From: Acinetobacter sp.
GTDB taxonomy: Bacteria; Pseudomonadota; Gammaproteobacteria; Pseudomonadales; Moraxellaceae
DNA: 64,000 nucleotides
Assembly: GCF_041919735.1 (NCBI RefSeq)
Contig: NZ_JAYRTF010000016.1
Span: 14,459-78,458, forward strand
Reading direction: 5' to 3'
Part shown: positions 48,012 to 58,441 of the stretch, piece by piece
How positions within the stretch are numbered: position 1 is the stretch's first letter
How the letters are laid out: each line of letters starts with the position of its first letter
Notes under the pieces: generated by a model
What the model was told of the DNA's origin: nothing
Databases searched by the model: none
Seen by the model: only the letters and a program-made list of their open reading frames with translations
Position numbers and translations under genes: made by a program

Positions 48012-48096
48012 GATTTCAACGTGGCATGAAAGACTGTGCTCATGTTAGCATGGCCGCCTAATTTATTAATATTTTTTAAATGTTAAGGCTCTATTC

Positions 48097-48981
48097 ATGC
48101 GCATGACTTTACGCCAGTTGGCTGTTTTTGTAGCAGTCGCTCAAGAAGGTACGGTAACCAAAGCCAGTGATGCGGTAAAACTCACGCAAAGCGCCGCGAG
48201 TATGGCTTTAGCAGATTTAGAAGATGGTTTAGGCGCGCCGCTGTTTGACCGTTTAGGCAAACGCCTGCAGCTCAATGACTTAGGCCGTTTTCTGCTTCCG
48301 CAGGCTTTAGAAATTTTAGGCCGCTGTGACGCTTTTGAACAGGCGGCCAAAGGTGAACTGCAAAGCATTGACCTGCGTTTAGGCGCCACCCTGACCATCA
48401 GTGACTATCTGATGCCGGACCTGATGGCGGATTTCCTGCAGATTCAGCCGCAAGCGCATTTGCAGCTGCAAGTCGGCAATACCCGCCAAATGATTGAAGC
48501 GGTCAATCAATTCCAATTGGATTTGGCTTTGATTGAAGGTTCATGCCATTTGCCGCAGCTGCAGTGCATTCACTGGCGTGATGATGAGCTGGCGGTATGC
48601 TGCGCGCCCAATCATCCGCTGGCGCAGCTCAACCGCCCGCTGACCGTAGAAGACTTTAACAGCAATGTCGAATGGATTCTGCGCGAAGAAGGTTCAGGCA
48701 CGCGTGAAGTGTTTGATAATGCCATTTTGCAGGATTTGCCGAATGCCAAAATCCGCTTAACGCTGGGCCACAATGAAGCCATTCTGAAAATTGTTGCCGG
48801 CGGCCTAGGCATGTCCTGCATTTCCAAGCTGGCCATTGAGCCGCTGCGCGACAAAGGCCAATTGGTGATTTTGGATACGCCTTTCTGGCAGCTGACCCGC
48901 CCGCTGTTTATGCTGGTGCACCGTCAAAAATACCAAGGCCCAGGCTTAAAGGCCTTTATGAAATTCTGTGACGATAAGTAA
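48097..48981 (+). CDS. gigC: LysR-family regulator divergent from fpr (FinR/GigC-type)
   Basis: LysR HTH TLRQLAVFVAVA..LTQSAASMALADLE. The divergent arrangement with fpr next to upp/nuo matches my recall of Acinetobacter gigC and Pseudomonas finR-fpr. The symbol is less certain than the family. Confidence 0.85.
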   Translation: MRMTLRQLAVFVAVAQEGTVTKASDAVKLTQSAASMALADLEDGLGAPLFDRLGKRLQLNDLGRFLLPQALEILGRCDAFEQAAKGELQSIDLRLGATLTISDYLMPDLMADFLQIQPQAHLQLQVGNTRQMIEAVNQFQLDLALIEGSCHLPQLQCIHWRDDELAVCCAPNHPLAQLNRPLTVEDFNSNVEWILREEGSGTREVFDNAILQDLPNAKIRLTLGHNEAILKIVAGGLGMSCISKLAIEPLRDKGQLVILDTPFWQLTRPLFMLVHRQKYQGPGLKAFMKFCDDK

Positions 48982-48995
48982 ACCATCTTTACATG

Positions 48996-49018
48996 AAAGC
49001 GCCGCAAGGCGCTTTTTT
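48996..49018. terminator. Bidirectional terminator
   Basis: aaagcgcc-gcaa-ggcgctttttt. Confidence 0.85.
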
Positions 49019-49040
49019 ATCCAGGATTCCTGAAAAGCCA

Positions 49041-49763
49041 TCACCAGCGTGAATCATTTTCACAGGGCTCACCGTCATGATTGCCATCCATTTTTGTGCC
49101 CGGACAATTGCGCACAAACCAGCGCGCTTCTTCCCGTGAATTCATTTGTGAACAATGAATCCGCCCGTCACATTTAAAATTGCTGCCGCTGGCGAAGGCC
49201 TGCTGCTGCTTTTGCATTTCAATGCTGGCTTCAATTTTTTCTGCACGCGGCTGATTGGTCTGATGCACCTGCGCATCCAAATTGCGCTCGCCCTGCTCAC
49301 TCAGCACACGTTCAGGCAAATGGCCTAACTGCGCGCGCTGCCCTTCGACAATTTTTTGCTGCTGCTCAATCAGCTGCTGGGTTTTCATCTGCTGCGCGTC
49401 TTGGTACTGCCGATACCATTCATAGCCTTTAAAGCCTGCAACGGCAATCCCCAGCAAAGCAGCAACAATCAAAAGCTTGGTTAACCAAGATATCTGAGAT
49501 TGGCCATATTGCGGCGATGCTTTGGCCTGCGGCCTTTTTTTGCTTGCCGCAGCATTATTGTCTAAGCGCTCAATACAGTCTGCTTTAAACCGCCCCTGAT
49601 CCTCAACAATCATAAACTGCAGCTGTTCGCCGATTTTCGGCGGCCGGTCTTTATTTGGAAAATCTTTAATATGAAAGAAAATTTCCTGCGCCTGCCCCTT
49701 GGCTGCAATAAAGCCAAAACCGCGCTCCGCGTTATAGCTTTTGACTGTCCCCTCTAAATACAT
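49041..49763 (-). CDS. Cold-shock domain + TM + C-terminal Cys-containing excalibur-like domain protein
   Basis: GTVKSYNAERGFGFI, IFFHI; one TM; CDGRIHCSQMNS..CPGTKMDGNHDGEPCE. Confidence 0.85.
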   Translation of the reverse strand: MYLEGTVKSYNAERGFGFIAAKGQAQEIFFHIKDFPNKDRPPKIGEQLQFMIVEDQGRFKADCIERLDNNAAASKKRPQAKASPQYGQSQISWLTKLLIVAALLGIAVAGFKGYEWYRQYQDAQQMKTQQLIEQQQKIVEGQRAQLGHLPERVLSEQGERNLDAQVHQTNQPRAEKIEASIEMQKQQQAFASGSNFKCDGRIHCSQMNSREEARWFVRNCPGTKMDGNHDGEPCENDSRW

Positions 49764-49805
49764 CCCAATCTCTGAATTTTTTATAATATTTTTTTATTAT
49801 AATAA

Positions 49806-49831
49806 AAAAAGAGGCTTAAGTGCCTCTTTTT
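49806..49831 (-). terminator. Terminator after the small cold-shock-domain gene
   Basis: aaaaagaggc-ttaagt-gcctcttttt. Confidence 0.75.
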
Positions 49832-49851
49832 AATTGTCTTTATAGCAAAAA

Positions 49852-50145
49852 TCAGCGTCTGAAATTATTCAGCAGTGATGAAGTAATCGATTGATTGTGC
49901 TCCGCTACCCGCGACTTTTTAGCTTTTTTCGATTGATCTTCTACCCGTTCAATTTTTACAGCTTTATATTTATCGCCATTTTGAACCGCTGTAAATCTCA
50001 CCCGCTCGTGGCGTTTAGGTTCGCCGTCTGCAGCTGGAAAATCTGAAATATGGAAAAAAATATCGCCTTCTGCAGAGCCAATAAATCCATAGCCTTTTTC
50101 AGGATCATACTGCTTCACTTTGCCCAGATGCACTTCGTCTTTCAT
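49852..50145 (-). CDS. Cold-shock domain protein
   Basis: GKVKQYDPEKGYGFI, DIFFHISDF. Confidence 0.88.
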   Translation of the reverse strand: MKDEVHLGKVKQYDPEKGYGFIGSAEGDIFFHISDFPAADGEPKRHERVRFTAVQNGDKYKAVKIERVEDQSKKAKKSRVAEHNQSITSSLLNNFRR

Positions 50146-50186
50146 GCTGCTGCCCTATTTTAAAAATGCCTTTGGTTCATTATATA

Positions 50187-50215
50187 AAAAAGAGGCTGTG
50201 GAAGCCTCTTTTTTT
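50187..50215 (-). terminator. Terminator after upp
   Basis: aaaaagaggct-gtgga-agcctctttttt. Confidence 0.75.
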
Positions 50216-50228
50216 CTTAGTCTAAAAA

Positions 50229-50864
50229 TCAATCTTTTTGCACTGAACCGAAAATTTTGTCGCCGGCATCGCCCAGGCCTGGAACGATATAGCCGCTTGC
50301 ATTGATGCCCTGATCGACCGATGCAGTAAAAATGGTGACATCCGGATGCGCTGTTTCTACGCGCTTAATGCCTTCAGGCGCCGCAACCAAAACCATTACG
50401 CGGATATCTTTACAGCCGCTGGCTTTCAATACATCAATTGCAGCAACCAATGAAGAGCCTGTAGCCAGCATTGGGTCGATAATCATGGCAATGCGGTTTT
50501 GCACGTCCGGCACTAATTTTTTGTAGTAAGTGCGCGCTTCTAAAGTTTCTTCATCGCGCTCTAAGCCCAAAACGGAAACTTTTGCGCTTGGAATCAGATT
50601 CAGGAAGCCTTCCAGCATGCCGATGCCCGCGCGTAAAATCGGCACAACGGTAATCTTTTTGCCGGCGATGCGGTCTACGGTTACTTTGCCCGCCCAGCCG
50701 TCAATTTCATGATCGCAGACAGGCAAATCTTTAGTTGCTTCATAGGTCAGAAGCATGGTGACTTCTTGTGCAAGTTCACGGAAATTTTTAGTGCTGATGT
50801 CCGCACGGCGCAATAAACCAAGTTTATGGCGGATAAGCGGATGACGGATTTCATGGATAGCCAC
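50229..50864 (-). CDS. upp: Uracil phosphoribosyltransferase
   Basis: [32 protein letters not shown]. Confidence 0.98.
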   Translation of the reverse strand: MAIHEIRHPLIRHKLGLLRRADISTKNFRELAQEVTMLLTYEATKDLPVCDHEIDGWAGKVTVDRIAGKKITVVPILRAGIGMLEGFLNLIPSAKVSVLGLERDEETLEARTYYKKLVPDVQNRIAMIIDPMLATGSSLVAAIDVLKASGCKDIRVMVLVAAPEGIKRVETAHPDVTIFTASVDQGINASGYIVPGLGDAGDKIFGSVQKD

Positions 50865-50932
50865 GGGAGAACACCTAAAAGGTTAAGATCAAATTCTGTC
50901 TATTATAGTAAATTTTGCCGTCTGATAAAAAT

Positions 50933-50962
50933 AAAAAAGCCCTCTAAGTCGAGGGCTTTTTT
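50933..50962 (-). terminator. nuo operon terminator
   Basis: aaaaaagccctc-taagtc-gagggctttttt. Confidence 0.85.
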
Positions 50963-50988
50963 GCAATAACTGAATTAATTCACATTAA

Positions 50989-52533
50989 TCAGTTAAAACC
51001 GCTTTGTACTAAAGCCAGAATGAACTGCTGCAATTCAGGTGAAATCGCAAAGAATGCGACTCTTGAAGCTGCAATAATCGGATCTGGATAAACACCGAAC
51101 AGCAATACAAGCGCTGCAGCGCCGAGCACCATGATACCGCCGACTTTTTGACCCCAATGGTCAACAGCGTCGATACGCGGGTTCTCAGGCGGCGTCATAT
51201 ACATCACGATAATAACGCGCAGGTAGTAGTACAAGCCGATACCGGAACCAATGATGATCATTGCTGCCAAGAACCAAGACTGGCCCGCAACCGCAGTTTT
51301 AATCACTAAGAATTTACCGATAAAGCCCGCTGTTAATGGAATGCCCGCCAAAGACAGCATCATGACCGTCAATGTCGCAGTCAATACTGGACGGCGCCAG
51401 AATAAACCGCGGTACTCTGCCAAGCTTCCTGCTTCATCTGTATTGTTGTATGGGCTGGACATTAAGGTTACAACACCGAACGCGCCGATGGTGGTTAACA
51501 CATAAGTAATCACATATACGTTTACAGATTCAAAAGTTGCAAAGCCTTGCACTTGAAGGAAGTCAGTATTGCGTGCGCTGACAACAGCCACCAGCAGATA
51601 GCCGAAGTGAGCAATAGATGAATACGCAAGAATACGCTTCAAGTTCACTTGGCGAACCGCCAGCAAGTTACCTGCAAGAATAGAAAGCACTGCAATCACT
51701 GTTAAGATGATGACAAAGCTGTCTGACAGGATTAAGCCAGAAGACAGGACATAGCGTACAAACAGGCCAATCATTGCCACTTTTGCAACAGTTGCAAGGA
51801 AAGTCGCGATTGGCGCTGGCGCGCCTGCATACACGTCAGGTGTCCATTTATGGAATGGCGCAAGTGACAGCTTGAATGCTACTGCAAAGACGATCAGCGC
51901 TAAGCCCAATACCACCGCTGGCTGACTGAAAGTTGTGAACAGTTTGCCTGGTTCAGCAACAAAGTTCAGTGTGCCGGTGTACGCATAGATGTAAGCCATA
52001 CCCATCAGCAGCATTGCAGACGCAGTCGCTGAAAGAACAAGGTATTTCACACCCGCTTCAAGCGATTGAGAACGCTGATGCGTATATGCCAATAAGCCGT
52101 AAACTGGAATTGACATTAACTCAAGGCTGATGAAGAACGATGCGTAATGCGTGCTTGCCACCATCAGCAATGCGCCGGTAACGGACGCAAGCATCAGGAT
52201 GTAAAGCTCTTCGCGGTTGTCTTTATACGTTTCAATGTAGGCATGCGACAATGTGCAGCACGCAAGCGCCGCAACAATGATCACAAACTGATACAGCATC
52301 GTAAACGGATCTACGATGAATAGATTCATTACGTTTGCAGGCGCAAAATTGCCTGCGAACACGACGAATAAAATGTAAAGCGCAGCAAGGTTCAGACCGA
52401 CAACGGATACTGTTGCAGCTAAATTATGGTTACGCTTGATGGCTACCAGCAGCATCACCACCACCGCTGTTAAAGCGACGATCATGACTGGCGCGATAGG
52501 CATCAGCTCTGCAAATGACATTGTGAAGTTCAT
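50989..52533 (-). CDS. nuoN: NADH-quinone oxidoreductase subunit N
   Basis: SLEAGVKY, FKLSLAPFHKWTPDVYAGAP, SLAGIPLTAGFIGKF. Confidence 0.97.
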   Translation of the reverse strand: MNFTMSFAELMPIAPVMIVALTAVVVMLLVAIKRNHNLAATVSVVGLNLAALYILFVVFAGNFAPANVMNLFIVDPFTMLYQFVIIVAALACCTLSHAYIETYKDNREELYILMLASVTGALLMVASTHYASFFISLELMSIPVYGLLAYTHQRSQSLEAGVKYLVLSATASAMLLMGMAYIYAYTGTLNFVAEPGKLFTTFSQPAVVLGLALIVFAVAFKLSLAPFHKWTPDVYAGAPAPIATFLATVAKVAMIGLFVRYVLSSGLILSDSFVIILTVIAVLSILAGNLLAVRQVNLKRILAYSSIAHFGYLLVAVVSARNTDFLQVQGFATFESVNVYVITYVLTTIGAFGVVTLMSSPYNNTDEAGSLAEYRGLFWRRPVLTATLTVMMLSLAGIPLTAGFIGKFLVIKTAVAGQSWFLAAMIIIGSGIGLYYYLRVIIVMYMTPPENPRIDAVDHWGQKVGGIMVLGAAALVLLFGVYPDPIIAASRVAFFAISPELQQFILALVQSGFN

Positions 52534-52536
52534 GAC

Positions 52537-54147
52537 TTATTGGATCTCCACATTTTCAGCTGAAACGACAGCTTGCTGCACTGTATCAACTGCTTCTTGA
52601 ACAGGAATGTAGCTATTCGCTAACCACGCCATGCTTGAGTTAGAAACGTCAAGGAACGTTTGCGGGTACAGACCCAGCCAAACCAGGCTCAGCGCGCAAA
52701 TTGAAAGAATCACCACTTCACGCACATTCAAATCTTTTAACGGATTTGTGTAATGCGCCTGCTGTGCTTCATTCGGCGTACCGAACAGCGCTTTGTGGAT
52801 CAGGATTAAGCCGTAAAGACCTGCGAATACAAGGCTGATGGCAGCAAGAATTGTAAACACTGGGAATTTTTCATAAGAGCCCATCAAAATCAGGAACTCA
52901 CCGATGAAGTTACCTAAGCCTGGGATACCCACAAGCGCAGAAACAAAGAACATCAGGAAGAATGCAAGATATTTGAATTGGCCGCGGATGCCGCCCATCA
53001 GGCGAAGATCACGCGTATGCAGGCGTTCGTAGACTTGACCGCACATGATGAACAATGCAGCAGATGAAATGCCGTGAGCCAGCATCATGATCATTAAGCC
53101 TTGGAAAGTCAAAATGTTGCCTGCATAGATCGCAAGCAAAACAAAGCCCATATGTGAAATCGAGGTATATGCCAGCAGGCGTTTCATATCGGTTTGCTGG
53201 AAAGCACACCAGGCGCCGTAGAAAATACCGATTAAACCGAAGATGATGGCAATGTCAGCGAACTGAGCAGAAGCAGCCGGGAAGAACGGAATCACGAAAC
53301 GCAATAAACCGTAAGCCGCTGTTTTAATCAAGATACCTGCCAAATCGACAGAACCCGCTGTTGGCGCTTGCGCATGCGCGTCTGGCAGCCAGCCGTGCAA
53401 TGGGAAAACTGGAAGTTTAACCGCAAAGCCGATGAACATGCAGATCATGAAGGCATAAGCTAAAGCAGGCGCCTGCGCTTCTACAGAATGAGCAATGCCC
53501 ATCAAGTAGTTATAGTTGAAGCTGATTTGACCAGTTAATGAATAACCGACAGCCACAAGGCCCAGAATGCCGATCAGCATGATCAGGCCAGCAACTTGCG
53601 TATAGATGAAGAACTTCGTTGCTGCATAGACACGAGACTTGCCTTCCGCGCCGCGGTGACCCCAAAGCGCAATCAGGAAGTAAATCGGAACCAGCATCAT
53701 CTCCCAGAAGAAGAAGAACAGGAACATATCGATAGCAAGGAATACGCCGATCACGCCGCCCAAAGACCATAGCAGGTTCAGGTGGAAGAAACCGACATTC
53801 TTCTGAATCTCACCCCATGAGCAGCCTACTGCCAGCACACCAAGGAGCGCAGTCAAGCCCACCATAAGAAGCGATAAGCCATCCACAGCCAAGTGGATGT
53901 TGATGCCGAGGGTTTGAATCCAAGGCAAGTTGAACTGAGCCGCCCATGTAGGAACAGTGCCGCCAAGTTCGTAGTTATAAGTACCCGTTTGCCAAAGAAC
54001 GATGGTTAAAACCAGCGTCACCAGCATACCGATCAAAGCGATATAGCGCGGCAAGTGCTGGTCGAGTTTATCGACCAGCCAGCATGCGAAACCGGCAATG
54101 AAAGGAATAAGGATCAGAGCGGGTAAAATTAAATTATTAGTTTCCAT
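52537..54147 (-). CDS. nuoM: NADH-quinone oxidoreductase subunit M (start moved to METNNL)
   Basis: FFFFWEMMLVP, AVKLPVFPLHGWLPDAHAQAPTAGS. Confidence 0.97.
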   Translation of the reverse strand: METNNLILPALILIPFIAGFACWLVDKLDQHLPRYIALIGMLVTLVLTIVLWQTGTYNYELGGTVPTWAAQFNLPWIQTLGINIHLAVDGLSLLMVGLTALLGVLAVGCSWGEIQKNVGFFHLNLLWSLGGVIGVFLAIDMFLFFFFWEMMLVPIYFLIALWGHRGAEGKSRVYAATKFFIYTQVAGLIMLIGILGLVAVGYSLTGQISFNYNYLMGIAHSVEAQAPALAYAFMICMFIGFAVKLPVFPLHGWLPDAHAQAPTAGSVDLAGILIKTAAYGLLRFVIPFFPAASAQFADIAIIFGLIGIFYGAWCAFQQTDMKRLLAYTSISHMGFVLLAIYAGNILTFQGLMIMMLAHGISSAALFIMCGQVYERLHTRDLRLMGGIRGQFKYLAFFLMFFVSALVGIPGLGNFIGEFLILMGSYEKFPVFTILAAISLVFAGLYGLILIHKALFGTPNEAQQAHYTNPLKDLNVREVVILSICALSLVWLGLYPQTFLDVSNSSMAWLANSYIPVQEAVDTVQQAVVSAENVEIQ

Positions 54148-54148
54148 T

Positions 54149-56038
54149 TTATTTCCCCACAACCTGAATCACGACCAAGATCATCAACAGGACAACAGTA
54201 CCGAATGCCATGCTTGATGCGTATTCACGCAATGAGCCTGTTTGACGTGAACTTGTGAAGCTGTTGCCGCCCTTAACCAGTGCAGGCAGAACCAGCCATA
54301 AGCCGTCAATCGGATCGCGGCCTAAAATTTTCGCAATCAGCAGATAAGGTTTCACAAATACGATGTCATACAGCGCATCGAAACCCAGTGCATTGCGGCA
54401 GATATTCACAAAGCCAGCGCCCAATGATGTTTTCGCAAAAGCTTTGACAGCACCATAAGCAAAAGCAAACAGAATCACGCCAATCACCAGGCCTGCAAGC
54501 GCAATGCCTACAGCTGTGTATTCAGCGCTGTGCATGCCGTGTTCCAAAGCTTCTGGAACATTGAATGCCGGAATTTTGGCTGCGTTCAGGATATTGGTTA
54601 CTGGCGCTTTCAATACATAAGCTAAGCCAGTAGACAATACTGCAAGAATCGCCAATGGACCCCAGTATGTGATGCCTTTAATTTCATGGTAAGGCGTATT
54701 TTCTTTGCCAAAGAATACAACCCAGATTAGACGGAATGTATAAATTGAAGTTAAGAATGCGCCTGCAACACCAGTCCAGTATAAGCAGTCATAAATAGCA
54801 ACCGCTTGGCCTTTCACCCAAACCGCACCCAAAATCGCATCTTTCGAGAAGAAGCCGATGGTGATGAATGGAATTGCAGCCAATGCGCCGCCGCCAATCG
54901 CGAAACATGCAAACAGGAATTTGTTCTTGTGGAACAGGCCGCCCATTTTGAAAATGTTTTGTTCGTGATGGTAAGCCAAGATCACCGCACCAGAAGACAA
55001 GAATAATAATGCCTTGAAGAATGCGTGAGTCAGCATGTGGAACAAGCCAGCTTGATACGCTTCAGCACCCACAGCCATAAACATGTAGCCGAGCTGACTC
55101 ATGGTTGAGTAAGCCAGAATACGTTTGATGTCTGTTTGCACCAAGGCTGCAAAACCAGCAACCAGCAGCGTTACCGCACCTGTGATTGAGATGAACATCA
55201 TCACTTCAGGCGCTTGCTCTAATACAGCAAACATACGGCAGCACAGGTAAACACCCGCGGTTACCATGGTTGCTGCGTGGATCAATGCAGATACAGGTGT
55301 AGGACCCGCCATCGCATCGGCCAGCCATGTTTGCAATGGGATTTGCGCAGATTTACCTGCCGCGCCCAAGAACAGCATTAAAGCAGTCCAGATTGCAATT
55401 GAAGAGCTTTGAGCCAAAACGGCTGGCGCAGCAGCAACCACTTCCGCAATGTTCAAGGTACCGAATTGCTGATAGATCAGGAACAAAGCGATCAGCAGAA
55501 ATACGTCACCGATACGGGTTACCGTAAAGGCTTTAATCGCTGCAAAACCGTTTGCCGGGTTTTGGTAGTAATAGCCGATCAGCAAGTAAGAGCATAAGCC
55601 TACGCCTTCCCAGCCCAGGAACAATAACGCTAGGTTATCGCCCAGAACCAGCAGCAGCATGCTTGCTACGAACAGGTTGAAGTAAGAGAAGAAGCGCGCA
55701 AAGTCTTCTTCACCGCGCATGTACCATGTCGCGAAGATGTGGATCAAGAAACCCACACCTGTAACCATGCCCATCATGAGCAATGACAAGCCGTCAAGAT
55801 GAAGCGTAAAGCCTGGCGCCAAGTTGCCCGCGCTGAACCATGTCCACAAATGCTGTGTGGTTGCCACTGAACCGTTATTGACGAAGTCCAGACCGGCAAT
55901 CAAAGCGAACAATGCAGATAGGCCAACTGAGCCTGCCCCAATAATCGCTGCAACTTTTTCAGGAAGATTGTTGCGTCCCGCCGCTAAAAGGATAAAACCA
56001 ATGAGCGGAAATAATACTGTTAAATATAAATAGCTCAT
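54149..56038 (-). CDS. nuoL: NADH-quinone oxidoreductase subunit L
   Basis: [46 protein letters not shown]. Confidence 0.98.
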   Translation of the reverse strand: MSYLYLTVLFPLIGFILLAAGRNNLPEKVAAIIGAGSVGLSALFALIAGLDFVNNGSVATTQHLWTWFSAGNLAPGFTLHLDGLSLLMMGMVTGVGFLIHIFATWYMRGEEDFARFFSYFNLFVASMLLLVLGDNLALLFLGWEGVGLCSYLLIGYYYQNPANGFAAIKAFTVTRIGDVFLLIALFLIYQQFGTLNIAEVVAAAPAVLAQSSSIAIWTALMLFLGAAGKSAQIPLQTWLADAMAGPTPVSALIHAATMVTAGVYLCCRMFAVLEQAPEVMMFISITGAVTLLVAGFAALVQTDIKRILAYSTMSQLGYMFMAVGAEAYQAGLFHMLTHAFFKALLFLSSGAVILAYHHEQNIFKMGGLFHKNKFLFACFAIGGGALAAIPFITIGFFSKDAILGAVWVKGQAVAIYDCLYWTGVAGAFLTSIYTFRLIWVVFFGKENTPYHEIKGITYWGPLAILAVLSTGLAYVLKAPVTNILNAAKIPAFNVPEALEHGMHSAEYTAVGIALAGLVIGVILFAFAYGAVKAFAKTSLGAGFVNICRNALGFDALYDIVFVKPYLLIAKILGRDPIDGLWLVLPALVKGGNSFTSSRQTGSLREYASSMAFGTVVLLMILVVIQVVGK

Positions 56039-56343
56039 CCGCGCATCTCACTAGCAGCATCCACATCCAAATGATGGAAGCGATGATAGAACTGAAGGAC
56101 GATGGCAAGACCGATACAAGCCTCTGCCGCAGCAAGCGTTAAGATCAAGATGAACATGATTTGGCCATCCGGCTGCGCCCATGCGCTGCCTGCCAAAACG
56201 AACGCTAAAGCAGCAGCGTTCATCATGATTTCAAGGCTCATCAAAATAAAGAGTAAGTTGCGTCGAACCATTACACCGTAAAAACCCAGTGCAAAAAGAA
56301 TGGTTGCAACGATCAAACCATGTTCTAAAGGAATGTTGCCCAT
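56035..56343 (-). CDS. nuoK: NADH-quinone oxidoreductase subunit K
   Basis: [27 protein letters not shown]. Confidence 0.97.
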   Translation of the reverse strand: MGNIPLEHGLIVATILFALGFYGVMVRRNLLFILMSLEIMMNAAALAFVLAGSAWAQPDGQIMFILILTLAAAEACIGLAIVLQFYHRFHHLDVDAASEMRG

Positions 56344-56864
56344 TATTCTTTTTCCTCTTCTGCACTTGGTTCACGTTTGCCAAGATGGAATGCAGCGACA
56401 ACCGCGCCCAGCAATAACATCGCAGCAACTTCGACCAATAATAAGTACTGAGTAAAGAGTGTCGTACCCACAGCTTTCGGGCCAATGACTTCAGCGCCCA
56501 TCACCAAAGATGCTTTGGTGTAGTCAGAGCCAAGCATCCAAACCAGCACAAGGCCCATCAGGAAGCTCATCAGCGCAGGATAAGCCCACGCAGATGAAGT
56601 CAGCCACTTGCTTTCCTGTTCCATCGTTTGCTGACCCAAGTTCAGCATCATCACGACGAATACAAAAAGCACCATGATCGCGCCTGCATAGACAATGATC
56701 TCCAGCGCGCCGGCAAACGGCGCGCCCACGATCATGAACATGCCGGCAACAGCAAGCAAGGAAACAATCAGGCTCAATAAAGCGTGTACGGGATTGGTGT
56801 TGGTCACAACACGAATCGTAGAGACGATGGCCACAAGCGCCATCAAATAAAACGGCCACATCAT
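56343..56864 (-). CDS. nuoJ: NADH-quinone oxidoreductase subunit J
   Basis: [26 protein letters not shown]. Confidence 0.96.
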   Translation of the reverse strand: MMWPFYLMALVAIVSTIRVVTNTNPVHALLSLIVSLLAVAGMFMIVGAPFAGALEIIVYAGAIMVLFVFVVMMLNLGQQTMEQESKWLTSSAWAYPALMSFLMGLVLVWMLGSDYTKASLVMGAEVIGPKAVGTTLFTQYLLLVEVAAMLLLGAVVAAFHLGKREPSAEEEKE

Positions 56865-57403
56865 GGTAATAGACTCCGTACATCAACAGGCGCACTTTCG
56901 CGTTGTGCTTGACCTTTGTCTTTACCTGCAACTGCCATACCGGTTACGCGGTAGAAGTTGTAATCAGGATATTTACCCGGACCTGAGATAAGCAAGTGTT
57001 CTTTCTCATACACAAGGTCTTGACGAACGTATTCACACAGTTCGAAATCAGGCGTCAGCTGAATAGCCGTTGTTGGACACGCTTCTTCACACATACCGCA
57101 GAAAATGCAGCGAGAGAAGTTGATACGGAAAAACTCCGGATACCAGCGTCCATCTTCGTGCTCTGCTTTTTGCAGTGAAATACAGCCCACTGGACAGGCA
57201 ACCGCACAAAGGTTGCATGCTACACAGCGTTCTTCGCCATCTGGGTCGCGCGTCAACACGATACGGCCGCGGAAACGCGGCGGCACGATTTCTTCTGCTG
57301 GCACTTCCGGATATAAAATGGTGTCACGTTTACGCGTCACGTGTGAGAAAACCATCCACAGTGAACGTACAATTGACCCAAATCCAGCTAGAAACTTAAA
57401 CAT
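56861..57403 (-). CDS. nuoI: NADH-quinone oxidoreductase subunit I
   Basis: Two ferredoxin motifs, [12 protein letters not shown] and [12 protein letters not shown]. Confidence 0.98.
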   Translation of the reverse strand: MFKFLAGFGSIVRSLWMVFSHVTRKRDTILYPEVPAEEIVPPRFRGRIVLTRDPDGEERCVACNLCAVACPVGCISLQKAEHEDGRWYPEFFRINFSRCIFCGMCEEACPTTAIQLTPDFELCEYVRQDLVYEKEHLLISGPGKYPDYNFYRVTGMAVAGKDKGQAQRESAPVDVRSLLP

Positions 57404-57421
57404 TTTGTTCTCCCTGCTGTC

Positions 57422-58438
57422 TTAGGCCTGATTCATCAGAATCACGGCACCAGTCACAAGTAAGTTGACCAACGCCAATGGCAAGCAAATTTTCCAGCCA
57501 AAATTCATTACTTGGTCATAGCGAGGACGCATCAAAGAGCCGCGCGCTAAGACAAACATCATTACAAAGAATGCTGTTTTGATAATGAACCAGAATGCTG
57601 CTGGAACATACGGAATTTCGAGGTTGAATGGCGCTAGCCAGCCACCGAAGAATAAAGTAACGATCAAGGCAGAGATCAGCACCACGTTGACGTATTCCGC
57701 AACGAAGAACATCCCCCATTTCATGCCGCCGTATTCTACATGGTAGCCTTCAGCCAATTCCTGTTCCGCTTCCGGCTGGTCAAATGGGTGACGGTGAGTG
57801 ACCGCTACGCCTGCAACCACGAAAACCAAGAAACCTAAGAATTGAGGAACGACAAACCAAACATCGCGCTGCGCTTCTACAATTTCACGCATGTTGAATG
57901 AGCCGGCAATTGCCACAACGCCCATCAGCGAGATGCCCAAGAACACTTCATAAGAAATGGTTTGAGCTGCAGAACGCAGGCCGCCTAATAACGCATATTT
58001 GTTATTTGATGACCAGCCGCCGAACAGTACCGCATACACTGCGATGCCTGCCATTGCCATAAAGAACAGCAAGCCGATGCTCATGTCCGATACGCCTAAA
58101 TAAGGCGATACCGGAATAACCATGAATGACAGCACCGCAGTTGCCATCGCAACTGCCGGCGCTAGACGGAAAGTCAGCTTGTCAGCAAATTTCGGTGTCC
58201 AGTCTTCTTTGAACATGATTTTCAGCATGTCGGCAACGATCTGGAACATACCGCCCGGACCGACACGGTTCGGACCGTAACGGTCTTGCCATAATGCCAG
58301 CAAGCGGCGTTCAATGAACGACATCAGCGCGGCAATTAAAACCACGGCCAGCAAAATCACAATCGCCTGCAGCACAGAATAGGCGATTGGCCAGTTCTCA
58401 GCCCACAGCGGTGTCTGACGGATTAATTCTTGACTCAT
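57422..58438 (-). CDS. nuoH: NADH-quinone oxidoreductase subunit H
   Basis: [32 protein letters not shown]. Confidence 0.98.
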   Translation of the reverse strand: MSQELIRQTPLWAENWPIAYSVLQAIVILLAVVLIAALMSFIERRLLALWQDRYGPNRVGPGGMFQIVADMLKIMFKEDWTPKFADKLTFRLAPAVAMATAVLSFMVIPVSPYLGVSDMSIGLLFFMAMAGIAVYAVLFGGWSSNNKYALLGGLRSAAQTISYEVFLGISLMGVVAIAGSFNMREIVEAQRDVWFVVPQFLGFLVFVVAGVAVTHRHPFDQPEAEQELAEGYHVEYGGMKWGMFFVAEYVNVVLISALIVTLFFGGWLAPFNLEIPYVPAAFWFIIKTAFFVMMFVLARGSLMRPRYDQVMNFGWKICLPLALVNLLVTGAVILMNQA

Positions 58439-58441
58439 GAA

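Noticed and set aside
48012-48096. Possible LysR T-N11-A box in the fpr-gigC spacer (TTAATATTTTTTAA)
   Set aside because: The region is AT-rich, so the pattern is expected by chance; it cannot be supported without footprinting.
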